A program made the position numbers and the translations under genes. The notes beneath the pieces are model-generated. The model ran no database searches. It was not told the origin of the DNA and saw only the letters and a program-made list of their open reading frames with translations. A DNA stretch of 64,000 nt from an uncultured Gemmatimonadales bacterium (GTDB taxonomy: Bacteria > Gemmatimonadota > Gemmatimonadetes > Gemmatimonadales > GWC2-71-9), in NCBI GenBank assembly GCA_963821525.1, contig CAWGED010000019.1, forward strand, positions 640,001-704,000, in the 5' to 3' direction. Positions 1 through 10,635 of this stretch are shown in pieces. Numbering within the stretch: the first letter of the stretch is position 1; each line of letters begins with the position of its first letter.

Positions 1-1890
1 CCGGCCAGCCGAGGCTCTGCACCTTTCCCGATCCGTCCCGGAGGTGAAGGCCGTCCGCCCGAGACATAGAGCAGCGACCCGTCGCGTGACGCGCTCATAT
101 ACAACGCCGCATCGTCCCCCAGTGGCTCCGGTGTATCCAGGATCGAGTCGCCCCGAACCCGGGAGCGCATGACCCGATCGGCGTCTACATACGCCAGCGT
201 ACTGTCGTCGGTCCACCGGACCCAGGTCGCATCGAGCGGGAAGTTTCCCAGCTTGCGACGCTTGCCGTCGAGCGAAATGACCTCGGCCTTACTCGGGAGG
301 AGAATGGAGAACGGGTCGCGGACCACCGGCCCGCCAGCATGACGCCAGGCCAGCAGACCGCGCGAGTCGCGCCGCCAGGTCGGCATGGTGGCGCTTTCGA
401 TCCCGATGGTCCATTCCCCGGCCGCGATAACGCCAAGATCCTTTCCCCGGCTCGGGTCAACCACATCGGGGACATCAGGGTTGACCGGCAGCACGACCAG
501 GTGCGGGTCGGAGTCGGGGGACACGCGAATGAAGGCGATCCATTGGCCGTCGGGCGACCATTGAGGCACCACCTCGCGCCCGGGTAATTCGGTAAGCTGG
601 ATATCGTGTCCCGTCGCCAGCTCCATCAGATGGAGATCCTCGGCGCCCCACGAGCCAGCGGCGTACACCACACGATCCATCGTGGGAGCCCAATCCACGT
701 CCCGCGCTCCTTCAGGAAGCCGGGCGACCTCCTTCGGCTCGCCGGTCGGAATCGGGATGATCCAGAGGCGGCGAAGCGCGATCATCGCGGCACGAGATCC
801 GTCCGGCGCCAGGGCCAGTCCGGTCTGCCCTCGAGCCGACTGACGTGAGCCTGGCGTGGGAAAATGGCGCGCGGGAAGAGGCGTCACTTTGCGCGGAAAG
901 GCGACGGTCGCCACGAACGGCACTTCCACTCTCCCGTTCCCTGCGACGGCGAGCCGCCGAAAACGGCCCCCGCTCACGAACAGCAGGGTGTCAGGCCCAG
1001 CCCAGCGCAGCCGGCGCGGAGTCAGCTCGGCTTCGTCGGTCAGCCGCCTCGGAAGCACCTTTTGGCAGCGCGCGGATCCAGACCTGCGCTCTACCCGCCG
1101 AATCGTTTGCCACGAAGGCGAAGTTATGGCCATCCGGCGAGGGCGATGGAGCGAGGACATCCAGAGTGGAATCGCCAACCAGCGCGCGGGTCCCTTTGGC
1201 GACGTCCACCGACCACAGCGCGCCACCGGTAACCGTGGCCGGATAGGAGCGCCGCGGCACGACAAGGTAGATCGTCCGGCCGTCCACGCTCCACGCAGGA
1301 TCCCGGATGTTGTAGGAACCTTTCGTGCGGAAGGGCAGGAGCCGAACCTTGCCGCTGGCTACATCGAGAAGATGGAGCCATCCTCCTCCGACCACATGGT
1401 CGCCTTGACGCTCGGCGCTCTGGCGCACAAACGCGATAGTCCGGCCATCGGGCGACCATGCCGGTTGATCGTCCGACTCGGGAGCGGTGGTAAGACGATC
1501 GACGCGACCCGTAGCTACATCGAGCCGCCAGAGCCCGGGATGGCCCGCACGCTCGCCGGCAAAGGCCAGCGACTTCCCATCCGGCGAGAAAGCCGGGTCG
1601 CCGTCCTCGGCCGTGTCCCGGACCGCGTCAGTAACGGCGTGTGCGACACCACCAGCACCTGGCATGAGCCAGAGCTGGCCGAGCATGTCGAAGGCGATCT
1701 GGGTGTGATCGGGAGAGAGGTCGAAGGCGAGCCAAGTGCCTTCATGCACCGAGACGCTGATCAGCTCGGTCGTCGGGGCAGCTCCCTTCCCCGGGGTGCG
1801 GCAGGCCACGAGATCACCCAGCATCGCGAGGACGCCAAGGAGATGGGATGTCGAGGTCGTTCGCCACCCTGCGCGCCTACGGTGGGACAT
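1..1890 (-). CDS. Secreted TolB/PD40-repeat beta-propeller protein (possibly N-terminal part of an amidohydrolase); frameshifted near 1040, runs off the window edge
   Basis: ORF 991-1890 has repeated PAFSPDG/PAWSPDG/SPSPDG motifs; another frame continues RRLTDEAELTPRRLRW...LALAPDG toward position 1. Confidence 0.75.
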
Positions 1891-1989
1891 CCGCGTCCTC
1901 CCGGATGGGCGGGTTCGAACTGGCGACCAGCGCGCTATGAGCTAACGTAGGAACTGGATCGGTGCAAGTCCCGCTGGGAGGAAGCCGTC

Positions 1990-2655
1990 ATGCGTCACCC
2001 GAGCCTGATTGTGCTTTTCCTGCTCGCCCTGGTGACCAGACCGGGGAAGAGCCAGACGTCAACGAGATATGTCATCTATCTGCATGGCCGGATCGTCGAG
2101 ACGGAGCAGGATCGCCGGCCGACCGACGACACCTTCGGGACCTTCGAGTACGACGCCATCCTCGACAGCCTGCGTCGCCCCGGCTTCGTCGTGCTCAGCG
2201 AGCAACGGCCACCGCGAACCGACTCCGACTCCTTCGCCAATCATGTCGCGCAACAGGTGGACAGCCTCATTCAGAGCGGCGTATCCCCGAATGCGATCAC
2301 GGTGATGGGCTTCTCCAAGGGCGGTTGGATCGCGATCCTCGCGTCGGCGCGTTTGCGCAATCCCGCGGTCTCGTTCGTCATCATGGCGGCCTGTGGTCCC
2401 TGGGCCCTCGACCGGCAGGATCTCTACGTCAGCGGACGTCTCCTGTCACTGTATGAGACCAGCGACTCTCTGGGCGTCTCCTGCGCTCCACTCTTTGCAC
2501 GTCGGAGCCCTCGTTCTCAAACTCGTGAGATTGCGCTGAGCCTGGGGCTCGGCCACGGTACCTTCTTCCAGCCCCGCTCCGCCTGGCTTGGTCCCAGCGA
2601 TTACCTGGGCCGAAGGGCTGGAGCCTTAGGGCCGTTTACCCCCGAAAACGTGTAG
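1990..2655 (+). CDS. Secreted alpha/beta hydrolase
   Basis: Signal-like N-terminus, YLHG, nucleophile elbow GFSKGG, C-terminal GLGHG. Confidence 0.75.
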   Translation: MRHPSLIVLFLLALVTRPGKSQTSTRYVIYLHGRIVETEQDRRPTDDTFGTFEYDAILDSLRRPGFVVLSEQRPPRTDSDSFANHVAQQVDSLIQSGVSPNAITVMGFSKGGWIAILASARLRNPAVSFVIMAACGPWALDRQDLYVSGRLLSLYETSDSLGVSCAPLFARRSPRSQTREIALSLGLGHGTFFQPRSAWLGPSDYLGRRAGALGPFTPENV

Positions 2656-2689
2656 CACTTCAACTCAACCTGAAGCAATCATCTATCCC

Positions 2690-3196
2690 ATGTCACTCCC
2701 AGCCACCCTCAAGAGTCAGTATTACGCCTCGCTCGCAATGCTCCGCGGGGCGATCGACGCCTGTCCCACCGAGCTGTGGAACAGCGATCGCTATGTGAAT
2801 CCCTTCTGGCAGGTGGCCTACCACACGCTCTTTTATACCCATCTCTATCTTCAACCGGCGGAAGCCGACTTCGTGCCTTGGAAGCATCATCGCGAGGCAC
2901 ACAATCGTTTCGCCACGGGTCCGGATGAGGGGCTGATTCTCACCCCCTACTCCGTCGCCGAGATCCAGTCCTATTGCCACTATTGTCAGGGTATGGTTGA
3001 CGCTGCCGTGGATCGCCTGGATCTCACGGCCCCGGAAAGCGGGTTCTACTGGTACCGGATGTCGAAGCTGGAACATCAATTCGTCAATCTCCGCCACATC
3101 CAGCATCACACCGGCCAGTTGGCGGACCGCCTCAGGCAGGAAGCCGATCGAGGCGTGGAGTGGGTCGGCGGGATGTCGAAACCAGCGAGCACCTGA
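2690..3196 (+). CDS. DinB/DUF664-like protein
   Basis: FWQVAYH and LRHIQHHTGQL His motifs. Confidence 0.8.
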   Translation: MSLPATLKSQYYASLAMLRGAIDACPTELWNSDRYVNPFWQVAYHTLFYTHLYLQPAEADFVPWKHHREAHNRFATGPDEGLILTPYSVAEIQSYCHYCQGMVDAAVDRLDLTAPESGFYWYRMSKLEHQFVNLRHIQHHTGQLADRLRQEADRGVEWVGGMSKPAST

Positions 3197-3288
3197 CTTT
3201 GGCCACCTGTACCAGTACCTGGCTGCACTGAAGCCAGCGAGGTGAATTGCTTCAACGCGAAGAATCGTCAGTACGCCTGGAGGTATCT

Positions 3289-3816
3289 ATGTCCCACCGC
3301 AACGAGATTGACACGCTTCGAGCCGCCTGGAACGCAGAGGCGGAGAGCACAATCCGCGTACTCGAAGCACTCCCGAGCGACCAGTACGACTTCCGACCCG
3401 ACCCCAAAGGCCGCTCCATCGGAGAGCTGGCGTGGCACTTGAGCGAAATTGACGCCTGCTTGAGCTTCGGGATCGCTGAGCATCGATTCCGTCTCGAAGA
3501 CGAACCCCCGAACCTCAAACGCCCGCGGGAAATCAAGCTCCTGGCTCCCGGGTTTCGCCGGATCCACGAGGAGGCCGTGGCCCGCCTCGCGAACCTCAGC
3601 AACGAGCAGCTTGATGAGCCGGTCACCTACTTCGACGGGCAGCAGCTGACCGTGCGTGACGTGCTCTGGACCCAGCTCCTGCATCATCTGATCCACCATC
3701 GCGGGCAGCTCGTCTTGCTCTGCCGGCAGTCTGGCGGCACACCGCCGGGGCTGTTCGGTCCGAATCGGGAAGAGATGGAGGCGATACGAGCCCGGATGGA
3801 AGCCGTAAAGTCATGA
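3289..3816 (+). CDS. DinB family protein
   Basis: GGAGG RBS before ATG 3289; RSIGELAWH and HHLIHHRGQL motifs. Confidence 0.85.
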   Translation: MSHRNEIDTLRAAWNAEAESTIRVLEALPSDQYDFRPDPKGRSIGELAWHLSEIDACLSFGIAEHRFRLEDEPPNLKRPREIKLLAPGFRRIHEEAVARLANLSNEQLDEPVTYFDGQQLTVRDVLWTQLLHHLIHHRGQLVLLCRQSGGTPPGLFGPNREEMEAIRARMEAVKS

Positions 3817-3859
3817 CCGGATTGCTGGCTCGCCATCGGCGATCTCGCTAGAATCCGGC

Positions 3860-4300
3860 ATGGACTGGTTCATCAAGGCGTTCATCCGAGCTTCCCTGCT
3901 CTGGTTTGCCGCGGGCATCGTGCTGGGGCTGGCCATGGCCATTCATCCCGCCTGGGTCGTGTACCGTCCCGCCCACGCGCACATGAACGTGGCGGGGTTT
4001 CTCACCTTCCTTGTCTTTGGTGTAGGGTACCAGCTCCTCCCTCGTCTCTTTGGGGCACCGCTCTACAGCCGGCGAATGGCCATCGCCCATTTGTACCTCG
4101 CCAACCTCGGCTTGGCAGGCTTGGTCTTTGGTTTTCTGACCCCGAGGCTGGGCGGCTGGCCGCAGGCAGTCGGCGGGAGCCTCTACGCCCTGGGCGCCTT
4201 GCTTTGGGTAGGCAACCTCTGGCGGACATTCAACACGGCTGACGCCCGACAGCGCATGCGGGAACAGTCGGGGCAGCAGCTCCCCACCGTGGATCAGTAG
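3860..4300 (+). CDS. Small 4-TM membrane protein resembling a heme-copper oxidase subunit I fragment
   Basis: Hydrophobic helices; PAHAHMNVAGF and GVGYQLLPR motifs. Confidence 0.6.
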   Translation: MDWFIKAFIRASLLWFAAGIVLGLAMAIHPAWVVYRPAHAHMNVAGFLTFLVFGVGYQLLPRLFGAPLYSRRMAIAHLYLANLGLAGLVFGFLTPRLGGWPQAVGGSLYALGALLWVGNLWRTFNTADARQRMREQSGQQLPTVDQ

Positions 4301-4334
4301 GTGGATCCCCGCACCCGGCCTTCCAAGGACTAGC

Positions 4335-6985
4335 ATGGACGTCCCGGACCGGGTGCGCCAAGCCCTCGCCGATCGCTATACCGTCGTCCGTGAGATCGGC
4401 CGCGGTGGCATGGCGGTGGTCTACCTCGCGCAGGATCTCCGCCACAACCGCCCCGTGGCACTGAAAATTCTCCTCGCCGACGAAGCCTCCCCGCACGCTC
4501 CCGAGCGTTTTCAGCGGGAGATCTTCTTCGCCGCACGACTGCAGCATCCTCACATTCTGACTGTGTTCGATTCGGGCGAGCTCGGCGGCACCGAAGGTGG
4601 TGCGCGGCAGCTCTGGTACACCATGCCGTTCGTCGAGGGGGAGGCGCTGCGCGAACGGATGCACCGGATGGGCAAGATTCCGGTGGAGGAGGCTCTCCGG
4701 ATTACCGGCGAGGCCGCGTTGGCACTCGACTACGCCCATCAGCAGGGTGTCGTCCACCGCGACATCAAACCGGAGAATGTCCTGCTCACCCGCGATGGCC
4801 TGACCCTCGTCGCCGATTTCGGCATCGCCCGAGCCCTCGACGCCGAAGACAATCTGACTCGCACCGGAATCACCATCGGTTCTCCCCTCTACATGAGTCC
4901 GGAGCAAACCGATGGCCGTGAAATAGACCCCCGAGCCGACCAGTATGCTCTCGCGTCGGTGCTTGTTCGAGATGCTGTCTGGTGAACCGCCCTTCACCGG
5001 CCAGACCCTCCATGCGGTCGTGGCCAAGCGGATCGCCGACCCGACACCGAGCGTCACGACCTTGAACCCGGAAGTCCCAGCCGCGGTTGACGACGCGATC
5101 CAAAGGGCGCTGGCACCCGAGCCGAATGACCGCTTCGTCACTATTGCAGAATTCGCCCGGGCGCTGCACGGGCCGTCGCGGCCATTCGCGGCAAGAGCTC
5201 GACGTGAGTCCGTCTCGGATGGTCCGGTCCGGCGCCGTCCAGTGTCCGGTGTGCTCCTGGCGCTGCTGTTGGGAATTCTCATCGGCGGTGGAGCACTGTT
5301 TGCCTGGCGCCGAATCGCCGGCCGTGCCGAGCGCACCAAGGTCATCGCCGTGCTCCCCTTCGAGAATCTGGGAGACTCGGCCGATGCCTACTTCGCCGAC
5401 GGTGTCGCCGACGAGGTCCGGACCAAGCTGGCCCAGGTAGGAGAGCTCGAGGTGATCGCCCGCGGCAGCTCGATCGAGTACGAGCATCCCACCAGCGGAC
5501 CCACCGAAATTGCGCAGGAACTGGGCGCCGACTACCTGCTCACCGGTACGGTGCGGTGGGAAAAGGGTGCTGGAACCAATCGGGTGCGGGTTACTCCCGA
5601 GCTGGTCGAAGCGCGCCAAGGCAAGGCGGCACGCACCCGCTGGGTGCAGCAATTCGATGCCTCACTCACCGACGTCTTTCAGGTCCAGGCCGACATCGCG
5701 ACCAAGGTGGCCAATGCGATGGGAGTCGTCCTAGGCGACAGCTCCCGACGCGAGCTCATGGCCAAGCCGACCGAGAACCTTGCCGCGTACGACGAGTTCC
5801 TGAAGGGGGAGGCGCCGCCGGCGTGATGAAGAACGATCAGGCGAGTCTCCGGCAGGCGATCACTTTCTACGAAAGTGCGGTGGCGCTCGACTCCACCTTC
5901 GTCCAGGCCTGGAGCCAACTGTCCCGGGCGCGGAGCTCACTCTATTCCAACGGCGTTCCGGTGCCGGAACTGGGCGAGCAGGCCCGGGTCGCGGCGGAGC
6001 GCGCCCGCCAGCTCAAGTCGAAGGATCCCTCGGTCTATCTCGCGACCGGCGACTACTACGGTAGCGTCAACCCGATCGACAACGAGCAGGCGGTCGCCGC
6101 ATACGAAGAGGGACTCCGGCTGGCACCCGACAACGTGGACCTCCTGGGTGCCGCGGCGATCACGGAAACCAGCCTGGGACGCTGGGACGGAGCGGCATCG
6201 CGTCTCGCCCGCGCCACACTCCTGGATCCGCGCTCGGCGAACACCTTCCGCCGGCTTCGCTCGTCCAAGCCTTTCTGCGGAATTACCCGGCCGCGGATTC
6301 CGCCGCCGACCGCGCGATCGCACTGGCGCCCACCAATCCTACCATTGTTCGGTGAAGGTGATGATCGCGCTGGCTCGCGGCGATCTGGACAGCGCCCGCG
6401 CAGTGGTCAGGAGGACCGAGATTACAGATCGATCCCGGAACGCTGTTGCCCTTCATGGCCTTACTACCAGGATCTCTACTGGGTGCTGGACGACGAACAG
6501 CAACGACAGGTACTCGCGGCGTCACCCAATTGCATTCGACAATGACCGGGCTGGCTGGGGCATCGTGCGGGCCGAGATCTACCATCTCCGCGGGGACCGT
6601 GCCCACGCGAGCGATCTACGCCGACTCGGCCCGACTGGCGTTCCTGGAGCAGACTCGGTCGGACCCGGACGACGGGCAGCGCAGGGTCCTGCTGGGACTC
6701 CCGCTCGCCTATCTGGGACGGAAGGCACGATGCGGTGCGCGAGGGGCTTGCCGGCGTAAAGCTCATGCCGATCAGCCAGGAGGGCTTTCCGGGCCCTACG
6801 TCCAACTCCAGCTGGTGCGGATCTATCTCCTGGTGGGGGAGCCGGAGAAGGCGTTGGACCAGCTGGAGCCGCTGCTCAAGGTGCCGTTCTACCTGTCGCC
6901 GGGGTGGCTCAGGATCGATCCGACGTTCGATCCGGTGCGGAAGAACCCGAGGTTTCAGGCCTTAGTGGCGAGTGGGAAGGACTGA
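4335..6985 (+). CDS. Hanks-type Ser/Thr protein kinase with TM helix, TolB-N-like domain and TPRs; split by several frameshifts
   Basis: GRGGMAVVY, VALK, HRDIKPEN, DFG, YMSPEQ; then IAVLPFENL...YFADG, TPR helices and LRIDPTFDPVRKNPRFQ end, across ORFs 4335-4985, 4945-5826, 5556-6545, 5875-6759, 6446-6985. Confidence 0.9.
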
Positions 6986-7090
6986 GGACTGGGCTTACGC
7001 GGCACCCTTTTCACCGAATGCATTCTGGGTAGGTTCCTCTTGTTGTCCCGCAGTAACGTCACCGCATACCCAAAAGGCCTGGAGGTCCCT

Positions 7091-7294
7091 ATGGCCGTCG
7101 CCAAGATAACGGAGATTAGTTCCTCATCGTCAAAGAGTTTCGAGGACGCGATCAACGCCGGCATTGCGCGGGCCGAAAAGACCCTGCGCAATCTCACCGG
7201 AGCATGGATCAAGAGTCAGAAGGTCGTGATCGTCAAGGGAAAGATCACGGAGTACCGCGTGTTGCTGAAGGTCACTTTCGTGCTGACGGACTAG
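7091..7294 (+). CDS. Dodecin family flavin-binding protein
   Basis: MAVAKITEISSSS.KSFEDAI...KTLRNL.GAW...EYRV.LKVTF; GGAGG RBS. Confidence 0.9.
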   Translation: MAVAKITEISSSSSKSFEDAINAGIARAEKTLRNLTGAWIKSQKVVIVKGKITEYRVLLKVTFVLTD

Positions 7295-7326
7295 TGCGGA
7301 CCTGGCTCTGGCCACCTCGCTGGTAC

Positions 7327-7707
7327 TCAGCCGAGGATCCCTCCCAGCGCAAAGGAGAGGAGCAGGAGGAGGAGGACCAGCGAGGTGATCAGGGCGTAAG
7401 TGCGGTCTCGCTCTGCCACGAAGGCGAAGATCGACACGAGGACCCGGGCGAGCGGCGTCGCGATGAGGATGAGGAGTCCCAACGCCACGATCGCGTGGCC
7501 CTGGAGCGCTGCGGCGTCGCGGAGAACGTCCCCCACCGTGCGGGGCACGGCCGCGCCCGGATGGGTCAGTCTGTCCAGGTCCCCCGGAGTGACCAGGTAG
7601 CTCGGGTGGTGCGCGAAGGTGACCAGGATCCCCACCAGAATGAATCCGATACTGGCGAGGACACCGATCCGCAGAACGTTGCTGATCGCCCGCTCTACGT
7701 TCTTCAC
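7327..7707 (-). CDS. DUF1634-like membrane protein
   Basis: GTG 7707 overlaps the TauE TGA; LGLLILIATPLARV motif; usual TauE partner. Confidence 0.75.
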   Translation of the reverse strand: MKNVERAISNVLRIGVLASIGFILVGILVTFAHHPSYLVTPGDLDRLTHPGAAVPRTVGDVLRDAAALQGHAIVALGLLILIATPLARVLVSIFAFVAERDRTYALITSLVLLLLLLSFALGGILG

Positions 7708-8544
7708 GTCCTCGCCCCCTTCAGCAGCATCTGCACCGAGACCCAAATCAGCAGAAGCACGAACACAATTCTGATGCTCCGGCTCTCGAGACGACCCAGG
7801 AGCCGAACCCCTACCTGAGCGCCCAAGCAGGACTCCGACCGCCACCGGCCCGGCGACGAAAGGATCGATGTCGCCTCGCATGAAGTAGACTCCGGCGCTC
7901 GCCGCGGCCGTGACCCCGATCATGAAATTGCTGGTTGCCGCAGAGACCTTGAGGGGAAGTCCCATCGCCAGGTCCATCGCCGGCACCTTCAGCGCACCCG
8001 ACCCGATCCCCAGCAGGCCACTCACGATGCCGGCCACGTACATGAGGCCCAGTCCGATCCGGGTCCCCGAGACCCGGTAAGGAATCTCCCGGGACAACGC
8101 CTCATCGTAGTAGCTGCTGTGGAGACGGAGCCAATCGGCCCAAGGCGCGCGCCGCGCCGGCCGGCTGTCGTCATGCCCGAGTTTGCGGAACATCATGATG
8201 GCGGAGTACGCCATCACCACCCCGAAGATGATGTAGAGCGTCTTGCTGCCCACGCGCCCCGCGAGGTAGGCGCCGGTCATGGCACCGGTCGTGGTGGCCA
8301 GCTCGAGCACCATGGCAACCCGAAGATTGGTCAGCCGGTCCCGCACGTAGGTAACGGCCGCTCCGCTCGAGGTGGCGATCACCGATACGATGGAGGCGCC
8401 GATCGCATAGCGGATGTCCACGTGGAACCAAAGCGTGAGCGCAGGAATGATCAGAAGCCCACCGCCAAGCCCAAGCAGGGCGCCGAGGGTCCCGGCGACA
8501 ACCGAGACCACGAACGCGAGAAGGACGAAGAGGAGCGGGGTCAT
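7704..8544 (-). CDS. Sulfite exporter TauE/SafE family protein (frameshift near 7815)
   Basis: GALLGLGGG, SGLLGIGSGALKVPAM, ATSNFMIGVTAA; natural end VQMLLKGART* in another frame. Confidence 0.9.
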
Positions 8545-8580
8545 GGGGGTGAAGAATGGGGGGAAAGAGGGATCAGTGCA

Positions 8581-8647
8581 AAGGACTGTGGACTGAGGAC
8601 TGAGTACCTTCCTCGTTCTCAGTCTCAGTCCTCAGTCCTCAGTCCTT
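8581..8647. repeat. Inverted heptamer arrays (GGACTGA)n / (TCAGTCC)n
   Basis: 8581-8604 matches the reverse complement of 8624-8647 at 23 of 24 positions. Confidence 0.9.
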
Positions 8648-8664
8648 CAACCTCGACCCTCCGC

Positions 8665-9117
8665 ATGCCCGGCCTCCAAGACCTCATCGCCAAAGACGCC
8701 GTCCTCGACACCATCAATCGCCTCTTCATCGGCACCGATTCCCGTGACTGGGCCATGGTGCGCGATGCCCTGGCCCCGAGGCTTCACGTGGACATGACCT
8801 CGCTTGCCGGAGGCCAGGCGGCGGAAATGACCGGCGCTGACCTGGCCGCGGCATGGGAGACGGGATTGAAGCCCATTCAAGCGGTCCATCACCAGACCGG
8901 TAATTGCCGGGTCAACGTTCTGGGCGATGAAGCCGAGGCGTTCTGCTACGGAACGGCAACGCACTACCGGCCGACAAAGAGCGGACGGAATGTCCGGACC
9001 TTCGTGGGCAGCTATGACTTTCGGCTGGCCAAGCTTGAAGGGAGATGGAGGATTACCAGTTTTCGCTTCAATCTCAAATACGTGGATGGCAACCTTGAGT
9101 TAGAGAAGGCTGAGTAG
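8665..9117 (+). CDS. SnoaL/NTF2-like protein
   Basis: RLF...D.RDW, HHQTGN, GSYDF.L...EGRWRI pattern. Confidence 0.8.
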   Translation: MPGLQDLIAKDAVLDTINRLFIGTDSRDWAMVRDALAPRLHVDMTSLAGGQAAEMTGADLAAAWETGLKPIQAVHHQTGNCRVNVLGDEAEAFCYGTATHYRPTKSGRNVRTFVGSYDFRLAKLEGRWRITSFRFNLKYVDGNLELEKAE

Positions 9118-9179
9118 TTCCCTGTTCCCTGTTCCCTGCTCACCGTTCACCGTTCACCGTTCACCGCTCACCGCTCACA
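9117..9179. repeat. Tandem heptamer array GTTCCCT x3 then G(T/C)TCACC x6
   Basis: Nine in-register 7-mers between convergent genes; contains the pgl stop codon. Confidence 0.9.
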
Positions 9180-9898
9180 TTCAGCTCGGCCGCGGCCTCC
9201 CGATCCACCAGCCAGCGCACTCTCTTCGACCCACGAGCGATGACCCCCGCTGGCGAGAGCTCCCGTTCGGCCCTCTCATGCAAGACTTGATTCAGACGAG
9301 CAGCCTTACTGGTCCCCGAAACGAGGAAGACGACCTCTCGACTCCGGGTGATGAAGGCAGGCGTGAGAGTAACGCGCCACGCCCCAAGGGCCGCGATCGG
9401 TTCCGCCAGGGCCCAGCGGACTTTCTCATGCACGGCGGCCTGCCCTGGGAATAACGAGGCGGTGTGCCCATCCTCCCCCAGACCCAACAGGATGAGATCG
9501 AGACCATCGCTGAGCCCGAAGCTCTCGTGAAGCGAATCCTCGTAGGCGGCTGCGGCATCCACCGGCGGGTCCTCTCCCCGAATCCGGTGGACTTGGTTCG
9601 GGGGTACGGGAACCTTATCGAGCAGCGACTCCTTCGCCATTCGATAGTTGCTCTGTGGGTCATCGGGCGGCACGCACCGCTCATCTCCCCACCAGACGTG
9701 CACCGACTCCCAGTTGACCTGGCTTGCGAATTGGGGGGTAGCGAGCATCTGGTACGCCGCTCGCGGGGTCGAACCGCCGGCGAGGGCAACCGTAAACCGC
9801 TTACGGTTTTTGCCGGCAACGATGGCCGCGCGCACGAAACGTTCGGCGACTCGCCGCGCCAGATCCTGCGGATCATGCAGGATCTCGACTCCCTTCAC
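9161..9898 (-). CDS. pgl: 6-phosphogluconolactonase
   Basis: ALAGGSTP, GDERCVP, SNYRM, LGLGEDGHTASLFP; GGAGG before GTG 9898. Confidence 0.95.
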   Translation of the reverse strand: MKGVEILHDPQDLARRVAERFVRAAIVAGKNRKRFTVALAGGSTPRAAYQMLATPQFASQVNWESVHVWWGDERCVPPDDPQSNYRMAKESLLDKVPVPPNQVHRIRGEDPPVDAAAAYEDSLHESFGLSDGLDLILLGLGEDGHTASLFPGQAAVHEKVRWALAEPIAALGAWRVTLTPAFITRSREVVFLVSGTSKAARLNQVLHERAERELSPAGVIARGSKRVRWLVDREAAAELNVSGER

Positions 9899-9909
9899 CC
9901 CGCCTCCGG

Positions 9910-10635
9910 TCAGCCCCTCGTCCAATGACTTGTGCCCGCCTCCCCTGCAACGATCAGATCGGTCGCGAGGCCAAGGAACAGGCCATGTTCGACGATCCCG
10001 CCACGGGCCGCAAGCAACCCCGCGAGCTCGGCGGGACGCAGCAGCGGGCCGAAGTCCGCATCGAGGATCAGATTCCCGTGGTCGCTGTGGAACGGCTCAC
10101 CCCGCTCGTCCTGCCGGAGTGCGACCCGCGCACCCAGCCCTTCGAGATAATCGGCCTGAGAATGCCAGCAGAAGGGAAGCACTTCAACCGGTAGGGGATG
10201 CCGGGTGCCGAGGTGGGGAGAGAGTTTGCCCTCGTCCACCACGATGATTTCCCGGCGACTGACCTGGGCGAGGACCTTTTCCCGGAGCAGCGCCCCTCCC
10301 CCACCCTTGATCAGGTTGAGTTCGGGATCTACTTCGTCGGCGCCGTCGATCGTGAGGTCGATGCTGATTGGATGCTCCGCCGGGTCGAGCATCGGGATGC
10401 CCAGGCGGCGGGCCAGTGCCGCCGTCGCCCTGGAGGATGGAACACAGCGCACACCGCGGAGCAGACCGCTCTCGAGCAGCGTGCCGATGCGGTGCACGGC
10501 CAACGAAGCGGTGCGACCCGTCCCCAGCCCGACGACCATGCTGGAATCCACGAACTCGACGGCGCGCTCCGCGGCCGCTCGCCGATAACGCTGGACGAGT
10601 TCCGTGGCACCTTCCGACAACACCCGTCGGGTCAT
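9910..10635 (-). CDS. rpiA: Ribose-5-phosphate isomerase A
   Basis: GLGTGRT, DGADEVD, KGGGGALLREK, VEHGLF. Confidence 0.97.
   Translation of the reverse strand: MTRRVLSEGATELVQRYRRAAAERAVEFVDSSMVVGLGTGRTASLAVHRIGTLLESGLLRGVRCVPSSRATAALARRLGIPMLDPAEHPISIDLTIDGADEVDPELNLIKGGGGALLREKVLAQVSRREIIVVDEGKLSPHLGTRHPLPVEVLPFCWHSQADYLEGLGARVALRQDERGEPFHSDHGNLILDADFGPLLRPAELAGLLAARGGIVEHGLFLGLATDLIVAGEAGTSHWTRG

Noticed and set aside
4335..6985. Programmed frameshifting or true pseudogene in the kinase
   Set aside because: Many scattered indels with intact motifs fit sequencing error better; no slippery signal recognised
7327..8544. Apparent TauE-DUF1634 fusion
   Set aside because: The natural TauE end and a GTGA overlap at 7704-7707 are visible; frameshift near 7815
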